A stretch of 63,596 bases of DNA, the filler included, from Collodictyon triciliatum (Eukaryota), in NCBI GenBank assembly GCA_043381765.1. It is 5 parts of 5 records of this genome, joined end to end, with 100 filler letters (N's around TTAATTAATTAA, not from the genome) between each part and the next. Parts side by side here need not be neighbours in the genome. Positions count along the whole stretch, not along the records: positions 20,169 to 28,592 come from JBHJMP010001266.1; positions 28,693 to 48,716 come from JBHJMP010001267.1; 3 more parts are not named here. One strand, written 5' to 3'. Below the pieces are notes generated by a model. It was not told the DNA's origin and did not search any database. It saw nothing but the letters and a program-made list of their open reading frames with translations. This document shows positions 21,622-45,640 of this stretch, piece by piece. The position numbers and the translations under genes are program-made. Positions within the stretch are counted from its first letter, which is position 1. Every line of letters starts with the position of its first letter.

Positions 21622-21880
21622 GACGACAAACGGAACCAAAAGACCTCGTCATTCTTAAGCACTTCTATCAATACATGATTATCCTATTTTCTCCTTTCCT
21701 TGTTTTATTCAAAAGGATTAAACCCCTATAACACAACCTATTTGAGTGGAATCGTGCACATCAATTACAGAGCAATGCGCATTTTTACGAGAATCGTTTG
21801 TTTTATTTTATTATGTCATTCTCGTCTTTTCATATTGATTCGTCTGTACACGAAGAAAAAAAAAGCACTGATCGCGGTTC

Positions 21881-23534
21881 TCAATGGAGACCCTTCATCT
21901 CTGGAACCAAGCGAATCATGATTTCCGTTCCGCGGAGCTCTCGAATCAATATCAAATTGGGCTCTGTTGAGAAGGAAAGAAGAGAAGAGAAAATCCAACA
22001 CAATTACATCAAAGAAACAAAGACTGGTATTTTCCACTAGATTCACCTTTTGATAAATAAAATGCCTGTATTATGTATTTTTGATTACTGTGCGCAGCCA
22101 ATCGTGCAAGTGCAATGGCCGCATTTTTTTGAGGCGCACCAGAGTAATCCTTCATCACATCCACCAAATAGCGAATCCAATTTTCGGGAGTATTCTTTCT
22201 AAAAAGTGCTGCGTACGTCATAACAGTTAACAAAACATTACGCGGCTTTAATGCGTTGGACTTGCATGTATTTGATTTACAACATCATCGATAAACGAAT
22301 GAAAGGAGGCGGAAGAATAAGATTCACAAGGTGTAACTGCGACAATGTTCTTCGATGTTTTTTTTTTTTTAACGAGACTAAATGAGTTCCAAGATTTCCA
22401 AAAAAAAAAATAATATTTTTGTCCTTTTTTTTTTTTTGTATGCACAAATAATATCAGCGAACCGTGTTTTGCGCATTCAGATATGCATAGTGCAGTATTT
22501 CCGACGGTGCCTTCGTCTTTTGGATTCGAAAGAAAAGATTGTTCGAGGAGTTTCAGTCCTTCCTCAAGCATTTTGGCTGAGATGTCGCCTTAGTATAACA
22601 TAAAAATATGTTGTGAGTGAAGAGGAATAATAATATTAATAATAGCAAAGAAATATTCATAGAGGAAAATGGTCTATTTGTAAGGTTAAGGACTATCAAA
22701 ATCAAATCACATAAAACACTCGACTCTATAATGATTCATACCTGCGCGAGTGCAATGTACCAATAATCGCACAAAGTTGTTTTGCTGTTTGCTTGATGTG
22801 TATTGTGCAAGTCCTTGGAAAGCAGCATCAACCACACGCGGCAGTAAATCAGGTGTGATGGAAACTAACCGTATACTGAATTAATCAATAGCAACATATA
22901 GCTTATGAAGAAAACATAAAAATACGGTTTTGAAAGGGGGTGGATTGGTCAAAATTCAGCCACCTTTGTTGTGCAATCTTGAGAGAAACCCGATAAGCAT
23001 ATGCTTCGCATCGTGGGATGATTCGAGAAGAATGTCCAAGCAGACAGAGGTGACGTCCAAATCATGAAACTTCTGGCAAAAGGAATCTATCCAACAGAGT
23101 GAAAAGAGAGAAAATGTTACTTTGTTTCTTTTTTTTTTTAATGAAGTTGCAAGGTTTTTATTCTCCTTTTATAATCTAATATATTCAAAAGCGAAAAAAA
23201 AGTTTTCTGAATCTATAAGCTCAGTCTTTAGTTGTAAAATTTTAGGCAAGAATTTACAAACCGTCAACACTTAAATTGAAAAGAGCAAGGCAAATATGGT
23301 GAACGGTCAGAGTCGAGTGGGACTTTCTCTGTCAAACATTTAAATTTCAAAGAGTGCAGATTTAATAAAGTTGACGAATTTTTTTGGATGATACTTTTTT
23401 TTTCCAAACAAAATTAAAAAATGGAAGAAATGATTACATCAAGTAGAATACTGGCGAACCGGCGGTGAATATCAGTCTTTACAAATGCGTGGTGCAAATC
23501 CCGATGACCAGTCAGAGACGCAATGGTTTCTGTG

Positions 23535-23633
<99 letters not shown>

Positions 23634-25500
23634 AGTAGTAGAATCAAATTGCTCCATTAACAAAATTTTTGGCGACAGGTTGCATCGACTCATTCAAAAT
23701 CATAAGAGTCGGATGTAATAAAATTGAATTTTTTTTTTTGTCTGTGAAGATTCGTGTTTCCATGTAAATTTATTTATGTCATAGTTGGACTTTATATTTT
23801 TTTTCTATTTCTTATTCCAGTAGTTATACTCACGAGAAGCTTGCTCCACCATCATAGGTCGATAGTTTGCATTTACTAGTTGAACGAGGGAATTCATGTA
23901 GATTTGGTCTTTGGTAAATTCCTTGCGGAATCTTTCTAATAGTTTGGACATAAATTTTACGCACTCAAATGGAAAAAAAAAAAGCGGCTTGATATTTATC
24001 TATTGAGTAGAAAAATGATTTGGTGTGCTCATAATCACTTAGAATATTCAAGCTTTTACCTTTTGCTGTCCATGAATGAATGATGTTGCATATGGAAAAA
24101 TGATACTGAACATTTTGTGACTGTAACAGTGCCTTCATTTTCAAAAAGATATCGGCCTCAATCAGTGGAATTGTAGCTTTGTCTGTGTCAAAGGTTGCAT
24201 CAGCACATAAAAGGCATTAATTTAGAATGGTAGGCCCTTTAATCTATTAGTGTTTGGTTACTTGATGAACCGTTTCTTCTCTCAAATCATCTATCAAAGG
24301 CTGACAAAATTGCTCTTAGAAAATGTATTTACCAAGTCCAACAAGCGATTCAACAACAGCAAGCGCGGCCATTGTGACGACCATGTCTTCTTCTTTGACT
24401 TGACTCACAACCGCAGGTATATGACTTTTTATGACGATTTTCGGATTTTCCTCTGATTCGAAAAGGAAATACAATTTTTCTTAAATTATTGTAAAACGGC
24501 TGTATTACAACTTATTTTTAATTAAATTTTTATTTTACTTTATCGAACCTTCTGCACGGTATCAAAATATTGATGATTTATCGATTTGAAGCCTCACCAT
24601 CGATACATGCAAGTGCGATGCAAGTTAAGACAGCCGCAGGTTGCAATGAAAGAACCTATGAATGCGCTCAATTACTTATTCATTGTTTTACATAACAAAA
24701 TAATGAGAGAATCAGATGTAAATTCAAGGAGGGGAAATGATATGTAGTTACCGAGAATAAAATTGGGAATCCTTGTTGCAACCGAAACAAAATCAGAATT
24801 TCTGGAGGTGCTGATATGTTGGAAATTAAAGACACATTTACCATGAATCATAATCATAATACTGTATATAAGAGAAAATTGACCACGATTAATAGTGCAA
24901 TTTAGTCCCCGAAAATGAAAATAAAAAATACCATTTAGGAGAGCCGTTCGAATTTTGAATATGGCATCGCTCTTTTCAAAACATGTTTTCATCAATATAA
25001 TTATTAGGAATTCATGAAAAAATCACTGGAAAAAGGTCTTGGACGGTATACAAAATCCAAGGGGAAATAAAGAAATATAATCAACCTTTATAGTTTCGTC
25101 GTTAGCTTCGTTCTTTAATATAGAGATATACTTTTCTAGCTGGACAGCCCTTTTTTTCACTTCAAAACTTCCTGGTGATTTCACCTTCGTGATTACAGAT
25201 TAAAAAATCTAATCAATACCTAATTCCTTTTATATGACACATATAGCCTAGAAGAAAATATTGCAATTGCGGTCTCCAGGTGCCTTCGTTAAAAATTAGA
25301 AAGTATTCTTTCCCACTTTGTTCAGATATATCTATTTGAAAGATATCAATAGATTTCTAAAAATTCTCACCAGATCGACTGCTTTCTTTTCTTTTTCTTT
25401 CAGGAGGTTGATTCTTTTCACCTCATCAATCACTTTGTATTGAGCGCCAATCGCTTCGTGGTCACGATGGTGAACAGAAGCCATCTCCAACTCTGAGAAA

Positions 25501-25572
<72 letters not shown>

Positions 25573-27450
25573 GAGATTCTAATACAACACCAAAATGCGC
25601 TTCATTTAATCTATTGTTGATATTTATATGGCACACACATAAGAAACGAAATAAATTAGGCAACCGTGTGAAGCTTTCTCTAGGTCATTCATTTCGGTGT
25701 AAATTTGCGCCTTTTTTATAAACGCTTTGAGGAATTTATCATCTACTTTCAAGCACGAATCACAGTCATTTATGGCGTCCGTGTACCTTGATTCAATTTA
25801 AGATGGAAATGTTAGCTATTTATGAAGTAAAGACAAAGAGTAAACTGATACTAAAGAAAAATACTTTTTCATCTTCATATGCGCTTGAGCTCGGTTTGTA
25901 TATAGCACACAATTGTCTCCATGTAATCGAATAGCTGATGAATAGTGTTCAACTGCTTTTTCGTACTGCCCGAGCTTGTATGCAACATTTCCCTATGTTA
26001 ACATTCGTTATAAACAAATCTGATGAAAATGAATTGTGGTTATTAAGAAGAAAAACAATAGTCCCAGAATGAATGAAGTTTTATTTTGGATTTACTTGGT
26101 TCTTTTCCTTTTCAGCAAGGCTAATTCGTTCACGCCGTCTTGCCATTCGTTCGTTGGCGTCATCTTCCATTGCCTTCATAAACTCTTCAGTTTCTATCGA
26201 GAGGTGTATCACATTTTAAGCTATCCAAATGTTGAACAATAATTCATTGTGGTGATATTTGTTCCCCTTTTTAATTTTCTTTTTGCGTTCAAGAAAAGGA
26301 AATGAAAAAAGTGGGAATAGGTATAGTATCCACAAAACAACGCAGCAATATCATCATGGAATGCCAAAATACAAAATACAAAAAAAAAGCCTTGTAGTAA
26401 TCGTCCAAAAAAAAAAGAGTAGATAAAAAAAACCTTTTGTTTTTGTGACTTTCTCGTGTTCCTCGTCGGAATCGTCATCAATCTTTAAAATATAGAGAAA
26501 TGCTTTCTGTTACATAAACTATTAAACTGAAATCGATATTGGTATATGTATTCGATGCATGATTTCACGTTTCTGCAGCCCTCTGATATGTCTTATTTGC
26601 ATAATTTGTTTCTACAAACCTTGATAGAATCCCAATACGAATAATCCTTTGGGACGCATTTCTTTAGGACAGCAGAACTTACAGGCGGTGCAATAGCCGG
26701 CAGTGTTGCTAATTTTTCCAATGACTCGGATAGTTTACCTGGCTGAGTGTCGAGGCTGGATAGAGAGACTTTGTTTGTCTCACTGGAGGATTTGGGTGGC
26801 ACGTCTAATGCTTCTGGTTCAGTTATATAAATTGTGTAATTGTTTAGTATAAATAAGCCACGGCATGCTTTTATATATCGCCTCACTTTTCTTCTCTTTC
26901 ATATATATGCTTTAACACATTTTGCTTTTTTGCATTTTGCTTTTTTGCATTTTGCTTTTTTGCTTTTTGCTTTTTGCTTTTTGCTTTTTGCTTTTTTGCA
27001 TTTTGTATTTTTTGTGATACTTATAGATTGTTTTTTTTTTTAAGGGTATACACTTACTCTTGGTCCTTACATCGCCGTCATCAAGTGGGGCGTAAGTAGA
27101 CGAAGGTGCTGACTTGGCGATATCAGTTCGAAGGGCACTGACTTCCTTCTCTGCACCAGAGGCCATTAAAGTCAACATAAAATAAACCATTAAATCATCG
27201 AAAGGAGCTTTGCCCAGAGTTTTCAGGATACTCTTTGTTTCGACGAGCCAAGAATTAATATAATAAATTACAATCATAAATGACTAGAAGACTACAAAAA
27301 AAAAAAATTAAAGTAAGAACAATACCAGGTATTAGAGAGGTCGATATATATATATATATATATGTATGAAAACACACCAAGCTGATCGATCTGTTGAAGA
27401 AAAGACTCAAAGTCCTGCTGATCTTTCTTTGGGAGAAGTGGAGTGTTCAT
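21881..27450 (-). CDS. TTC12: TPR + armadillo repeat protein TTC12 (dynein-arm assembly factor), about 19 exons
   Basis: N-terminal DFESFLQQIDQL; EEFMKAMEDDANERMARR followed by 3 TPRs (KNQ|GNVAYK...LYTNRAQA); LFRLQQGF; C-terminal VGNTALCISEC, QKNAAIALARLA, IRELRGTEIM. Confidence 0.85.
23535..23632. repeat. (ATT)n microsatellite abutting a TTC12 acceptor
   Basis: visible. Confidence 0.95.
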
Positions 27451-27583
27451 TTGGGCTTTTGGACTGTCCAGCACCTTTGTGTGGGGCCTTAGTTTTCAGC
27501 AAAACAAGATGAAGTGATGATGAGGCAAAAGAGATAACAGGGTTTGAAGCAGTTCGCGCGAATGAGAGTTGACTGCGGTACAT

Positions 27584-27593
27584 CTGATTGGCC
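27584..27593 (-). promoter_or_regulatory. CCAAT box upstream of TTC12
   Basis: GGCCAATCAG on the minus strand about 135 bp upstream of the ATG; motif match only. Confidence 0.3.
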
Positions 27594-27600
27594 CGAGTGT

Positions 27601-27927
27601 TTGTTTTCTGTTTTCTGTTTTCTGTTTTATGTTTTCTGTTTTATGTTTTCTGTTTTATGTTTTCTGTTTTATGTTTTCTGTTTTATGTTTTCTGTTTTAT
27701 GTTTTCTGTTTTATGTTTTCTGTTTTCTGTTTTCTGTTTTCTGTTTTCTGTTTTCTGTTTTCTGTTTTCTGTTTTCTGTTTTCTGTTTTCTGTTTTCTGT
27801 TTTCTGTTTTCTGTTTTCTGTTTATTAATAAAGTACTTCACCAAGAATTCGGCAAATGATAATGATAATGATAATGATAATGATAATGATAATGATAATG
27901 ATAATGATAATGATAATGATAATGATA
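27601..27927. repeat. (TGTTTTC/TGTTTTA)n heptamer array followed by (GATAAT)n
   Basis: visible; arrays at about 27601-27823 and 27856-27927. Confidence 0.95.
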
Positions 27928-28410
27928 AAGACAATGAAAGAAAAAAAAGAAGTCAACCAAAAGGCTCACGATTTTCTAGGATGCATCAAGGACTTGAGGA
28001 GGTCGATCAGGCACACCGATTCGCCTCACTTATTGCACAAGTGTCCGACACATGCGATCCCGTCCAGAAGGCGCGCTTTGTGAGAGAAACAGCCCCGGGC
28101 TTTTCCGTGACATACGAAGCCGCAGCAGACCAGGTAGCAAGAAGCCCCGATAAACTCATAAGGAAACATTTGTTGACTCTAGAAAAAAAAACTTGGCGGT
28201 CTTGCAGAAACTGTGGTTCTAATGGCAGCCATCTCACACGCGCATTGATATTGTAAATGAAAAGATTGTGTCTTTGGTGTGTTTTTCTGTCGGGTTTCGG
28301 TCGCGACTGTCATTAATCATGCTTGTTTCATGTGATATAACGCATCATCACACAACTTGTGGTTTTTATTTTTAATGATTTATCATTTTTCCTTCAATAT
28401 GAATATTGTA

Positions 28411-28592
28411 TTTTTCTTTTTTCTTTTCTTTTTTCTTTTCTTTTTTCTTTTCTTTTTTCTTTTCTTTTTTCTTTTCTTTTTTCTTTTCTTTTTTCTTTTC
28501 TTTTTTCTTTTCTTTTTTCTTTTCTTTTTTCTTTTCTTTTTTCTTTTCTTTTTTCTTTTCTTTTTTCTTTTCTTTTTTCTTTTCTTTTTTCT
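28411..28592. repeat. (TTTTCTTTTTTC)n running into the gap
   Basis: visible. Confidence 0.95.
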
Positions 28593-28692
28593 NNNNNNNN
28601 NNNNNNNNNNNNNNNNNNNNNNNNNNNNNNNNNNNNTTAATTAATTAANNNNNNNNNNNNNNNNNNNNNNNNNNNNNNNNNNNNNNNNNNNN
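28593..28692. other. Assembly gap with artificial linker
   Basis: 44 N + TTAATTAATTAA + 44 N. Confidence 0.97.
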
Positions 28693-30933
28693 TACTGGAG
28701 CATTGCATTGAGCAAATCTGTAGGAATACTTATATGTCAGTTACTCATACAAAATAAATGGATGAGATATGAAAAGTTCCATATTATTTCCCTTTAAAAC
28801 AAATAAAGCAAACCAGCGTAATGGGCCTGAGAAGCAACAGCCTCATCATGCACATTCAATTTCAGAAACCAATCAACAATGAGTTTTTGATTCTCGTCAA
28901 CAAGAACCTCCTCCTCAATAGCTTTGTCACTGATATAAATAAAGGGATTAAATACCAATCAATGAAAGAAATAAACTATAAAAATTGTGAATGTAGTAAA
29001 TAAATCATACGCAAACAAGCGGGAATGGTAGCTTCCCAAGGACTTTCCGGTAACCGCCTCAATCAGCATGGCCAAAAAGAATCCGTCCATTAAGTCATCG
29101 CGGATGTTCTTCGCCTTGAGCTCGATTTTTCCCAGGTGGTGGTTCACCCATTCCAGGACAGCCTGTGCTCAGTTGCCAGGTTAAGTAATCAATCCTCTTC
29201 GATATATAAAATAATTATTGATGATAATGTATGCATTTGTACAGACTTCGTCAATGGTGACAAGGCTGACGTTGGCCTCGGTGCTTGTTTCGGTTGCAGA
29301 CATGTTTTGGATATTCCTATTCCTTCGTGTGTGTTGCATAAAAAAACATCGTATTCATGGGTTATAATATATGCCAATTATCAATGAAGTTATTCTACTT
29401 TTTCTTGAATGGAAATTGTTTCATTTATCGATTCAATTTTTGAATGCGTTTTAGATAATTTCGATAGGCTAATAAGATTATATTGTATTAAAGCTCATAG
29501 CTCAATATTACAACTCGTAATATTTTATTTTTCTTTATTATGAAAGAAACTATTCGTGAATACAAATATATATCAATATGAGATGAATTCTATGCTTTTT
29601 TAATTGCTTTTTTGTAATAATATTGATGTGATTTGCTTATGCATCATACAGCCACTAAACATTCTCTTAATGCTAAATATTTCGTATAATATAACAAATG
29701 TGATGTATGAAAGTCTGCGTAATAGATTGATATTCTTCCAGGTCGACTTATATAATTCCTCTGAATGTATTCGAAATTGTGCAAATGTCCCAAACTATAT
29801 GTGATGGTTAGTATGTTCCCACAGGATGTCAAATTCACAAACAAAATAAAATTGTAATACCGATACTCATGGACTACTCTCCGTTAATTAAAGCCTGGGT
29901 TTCATGGTGAAGGCTTTACGTTGGGATAAAAAAAAACCAAACCACCACCGCTTAAGTTTTGCAGGCTTAGGTGCTTGCCTTCCATTCAATGTAAGCGTTT
30001 TTTTCCATACGTGCCTTGCAGTAACAGACAAATCATGAAATATAAGCTTCTTTAGGAATTATCCATGTATATTAATACTATTCGAATGAAAAAGTAAACT
30101 TGCATTTTGCGTGAAAATAAAAAATAATTCTGAATTCATAATATTCCACCTTGAATTGCTTGTCCAGATTGTTTTAGTGTGAGGCGCGTCTCCAAGAACC
30201 CGTCCGCTCTTTTTGGAGAGCTCTTATGAAGGTACCTTCTTGCTTGAGCGATGCTTATTCTTCCATAGCTCCGGGTGGTTGGGTTTAAAAGGGTCGATAT
30301 TGTGTTTCTATGATTGACAGCTCGTTCTGTTAGTATATGTGGCGGTGTTAACCATGATATTTTCTTTTGGCTTTTCCCTTGTGTTCTTGGACAGAGTACG
30401 AAATAGAAGAGAAGCGTAACAAATATTTTTTTTTTATAATTTGGGTAGTTCTGATGTTGGATTGTTATTCAGCGCTTCATTCATCAAAAACACGTTTTAA
30501 CCCTTGGAGAATACTGTGAAGATGAATTGTTTGTTGTTTTTCACGTACCTTCAGTGTCGCCCTTGATGAAGCCCGGAGGAATGCGGCAGATAATGGGTAG
30601 CAAAGAGCTGGCCTCTCTCGTTATGGACACAAAAAAAAAGCAGTTAAGTATTACTTTACTCTCGTCTCTGCAATTATTTTATTTGGGAAAGGATGCTGTG
30701 TATTCCTGAAGTTGATCGAATAGCTGGTTCATAGTCATCTCATTATGGCACTCAAGATCTTTCAGGACTGGGCTTATTCTTTCTTTACCTTTATGCGGGC
30801 GTGGTAGTTCTGGGGCATTTGTGCTTACCTCGAAGGTGGACGTGGCAGCCGGTTCCGTACAGGTTCTGCTTCCAGGCGCTCTGTGTGGGCGATTAGGTGT
30901 GGCTGGAACCTTTGGTCGAGCGGAGGGCTCCAT
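28693..30933 (-). CDS. Calponin-homology (CH) domain protein, 3'-truncated by the gap; 5' exon structure uncertain
   Basis: Spliced ...VTIDE|AVLEWVNHHLGKIELKAKNIRDDLMDGFFLAMLIEAVTGKSL matches the CH helix pattern W.N.HL......DL.DG..L..LIE; upstream exons (for example KHNIDPFKPNHPELWK) and the ATG at 30933 are tentative. Confidence 0.55.
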
Positions 30934-31792
30934 TCAGTCTGTGCAAGATGATGTTCGCCTTTACTCGCCAGCCATCGTTTGCATGGACTACTTGGTGGCC
31001 GGGTGGCGGAGAAGTAGTCGGTTATCAGGAATTGCGTCCTGCGATTTGGCCTGTAGCCTGCGTTATGGTTTTTGATGATTGTGCTTTAGTGTTGTATGTG
31101 ATTGAGGATGTGATACTAAGATTCCAGGTAAATGTGTATATTTTTAAGCAGAAAGGCGGCTCTTATCATCCCTTTCTCTTTTTTTTTTTTTTTCAGAAAA
31201 AGGTAATCGAGTTAATGAATCTACATCTTACCACATTTTTATTTTCGTTATTTACCTACAGCCAATTACGCTGACCAACGCGTAGTGCACACAAGTTACT
31301 ATGTGATGTGATGTAAACCTGATATTCGGGCGATTTAAATCTTAGCAAATATACAGTATAGATGCATGCTGAAAAATGTCTCATACGGGCTGCTTTACAT
31401 GCCACAGTCGAATTAAACGTAGGTTACTATATTTTCCACATAAATTATCTGCGAGTGTATTTTTTTCCAGTTTTTTTAGTTTTATTCATTCGGCTTCGAT
31501 TCGATACGCTCCACGAACTCAGGTCTTAGAATCACAACGAAGCTGGCAACATTAAAACTCGGCATGTTAACAACGATAGCTGCGTTGTGTCAAATCGCTC
31601 GCACTTCTTCCTGTGTGGTGGCTGTTCTCAGTCTGAATTAGAGGCCAACGACTTTGACCGGCACAAATACGTATCTTGTCGGAACCGGCGCAAAGTGAAT
31701 GCACAGGCCGCAAATCGGAAAAGATGTGGCATTCATCTCCTTCATGGATTTTGTTTTTATGATTTTGTTTTTCCTCTTCTTATTTTATCTTT

Positions 31793-32600
31793 CTAAATAT
31801 CCATTTTATATCGATTTCTTCCTGTTGTAGACGCCTTCTTGTGGATGCGGCCGAAGTGATTGACGGGTTTGAAGATAACACGGCGCACGCCATGCAATCG
31901 AATGTTTGCTCTCACATTGATTCTATTCTCATCACTCACTGGCATCGCGATAGTGTGGACGGCATCCTCAGCGTTATGAAGCGATTTCTTTTTGTATTTT
32001 GACACGGGAATAAGCTGTGGATGTGTATGTCACCACTCTCTTAGTTCGTTAGTGGTTTTTTTTTCCAAATTATAGGTCGGTTCATATTTCAGTGATTTAT
32101 AGTCTTGTTGAATTACTTTCACGGCCTCTTTTCATTTTTTTGCAGGTTTACAAGGAGTCCCCTATGGAAAATGAAACGCCCATACGATATTACAATTGAT
32201 AGGGCCTTTTTATTTATTTAATATTTTCTTACTTGCTCTGACTTCTCATGAAACATACCACCCCACTAGATTCAGAAGCAGTGTCTTGGCCTTGAAGTTA
32301 AAGGAAGTGCCCATGCACCCCAACAAATTATGATATGAAAGCCCTTTGAACGCTTGCATTTTCTATCCAACCAAATGAAAAGCCAACCATACAAAAAGCC
32401 TTAGCAGCTCATAGAAAGAATGAAAGATATATAATAGAATATGTCCAAGAACAAGAGACGAATTTCATAGTGTGGTAGATGTCAGTAACCTGGACGAAGC
32501 AAGGTCTGGCTTGCATCATCGCGACTAGCTTGGATAGAGCCTCACCCGCTTGAGGACTAGTGTTCGAGAAATCCATAGATTTTTTTCTTTGCGATTGCAT
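31793..32600 (-). CDS. Possible small hypothetical spliced gene
   Basis: ATG at 32600 with a gtgagg donor and a basic terminal ORF (LIPVSKYKKK...YKMDI*); I could not join all exons convincingly. Confidence 0.2.
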
Positions 32601-33576
32601 CGAAGATGTCTTCCGTTAAGAGCCCTCAGCCCCATCAAAGAAGCGCCCTTCTTTGCCTTTAAATCACATCAAAATAATGACGCAACAAAAATGTAATAAA
32701 AACTAGGTACAGACCCTCGCTAGCGCATAGAGCGAGCAAGAGCAACAACACTTTTATGGATTTTATTTTATTAGGTCATTTATCGCTGTAGTTATATTAT
32801 AATAACTCAATATAATGATAGATATCAAAAACTTTATTGCATTATCAATCGAATGGATTTTAAAAAATGACAGCTTTGACACATGAAAACGCGTTTGGAA
32901 GATAGAAACGCCAGTAGTGATTCTAGCGAAACTTGCTTCGATTTTGGCGGGAAAGAGTTTTTCGAAGAGAGCTTCTTTTCGCCACGATGTCATCGCGAGA
33001 AGGACAAAGTCTGTGTCGCCGGCGGCTAAAGGGGGCTGCGTATAAAAAGGGCCAATTGGATTTGCGGGTTTTGTCGATGTTGTTAGGATTATTTCCCTTT
33101 TTACCTTAACCAAATACAATAAAATCAGGATTTCTGCAGCACACGCAACAATATTGTCGTATCGAATGGAGGGAAACAACAGGATTCTGCCAATATGCGG
33201 CACTTTGCACGAAAATATTTTCATACTTATGTTGAAAATTCCCATGTTCCCTGGAGATTGTCACACATTCCACTCGCATTCGTTCATTTGATATCCATTT
33301 TTCTCAAAGGGTACATTTCGATTTATTGGCCCTGGACGTTTTTTTTCCGTACACTACTATCACTACACACAACCTGTTTTATTTGGCTATTCGTCATTCG
33401 ACCATCTCATATGTCTGGTCCGCACAGATGTCCTGATTTGAATCTAAAAATTCTTTTTGTTATTTATCGTTACACCAATCAAACTCCTTTCATTCTTTTT
33501 TTGGGTCATACACTCAAAATAACCAAATATCCCAATAATATTGACTTCGATGCAACATGTAAGCAGAAATCCAGAG

Positions 33577-45117
<11,541 letters not shown>

Positions 45118-45640
45118 CACCACCGCATAAAATGCGGCGATGATGCACCTCTGCGTTTACCAGAATAAACCAGCATCAAGATTAAAAAAGTTATTGTGCT
45201 GCAAGTGACCATGTGTCTCGCTTTCTATGTGTGGTATTATCACCAGGACACAAACCACACCACATAAGTGGATGTTTCTTAGTCAGCAAAAGATAGTCAT
45301 TATGTTTGATTTATCAAAACACAATGCAGATGGCTTCTTGGTGCTGTTGTCCTCAATAAATAATCATAAAGAAAAAGTACATACCGAAGAATGTAAAAAT
45401 CGAAAGAGCAAATGAATCAGATAAAGGTATAGACAAAAAAAAAAAACAGTTTTTAAATAAAAAAATATTAACAGAGAAACCCAAGGCTCTAAGTTCACTC
45501 TTGACACTAAAAATTCTAGAAAAAGAAAAAGAAAAAGCATAGCAGAACTGAATATAGATGTCATAGAACATCTCATTTATCTATTCTGACACTGTTCCAA
45601 TATGGAAGCTTAATTAATTTATTGTTCTTTTTAATCACCG

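Noticed and set aside
27981-28256. 91-aa + strand ORF with a CxxC (CRNC)
   Set aside because: A single CxxC with no other support; it may be the 3' region of the gene broken by the gap.
32763-33245. 160-aa minus-strand ORF upstream of ABCA
   Set aside because: No recognisable motif, and it lies in the probable promoter region; likely spurious.
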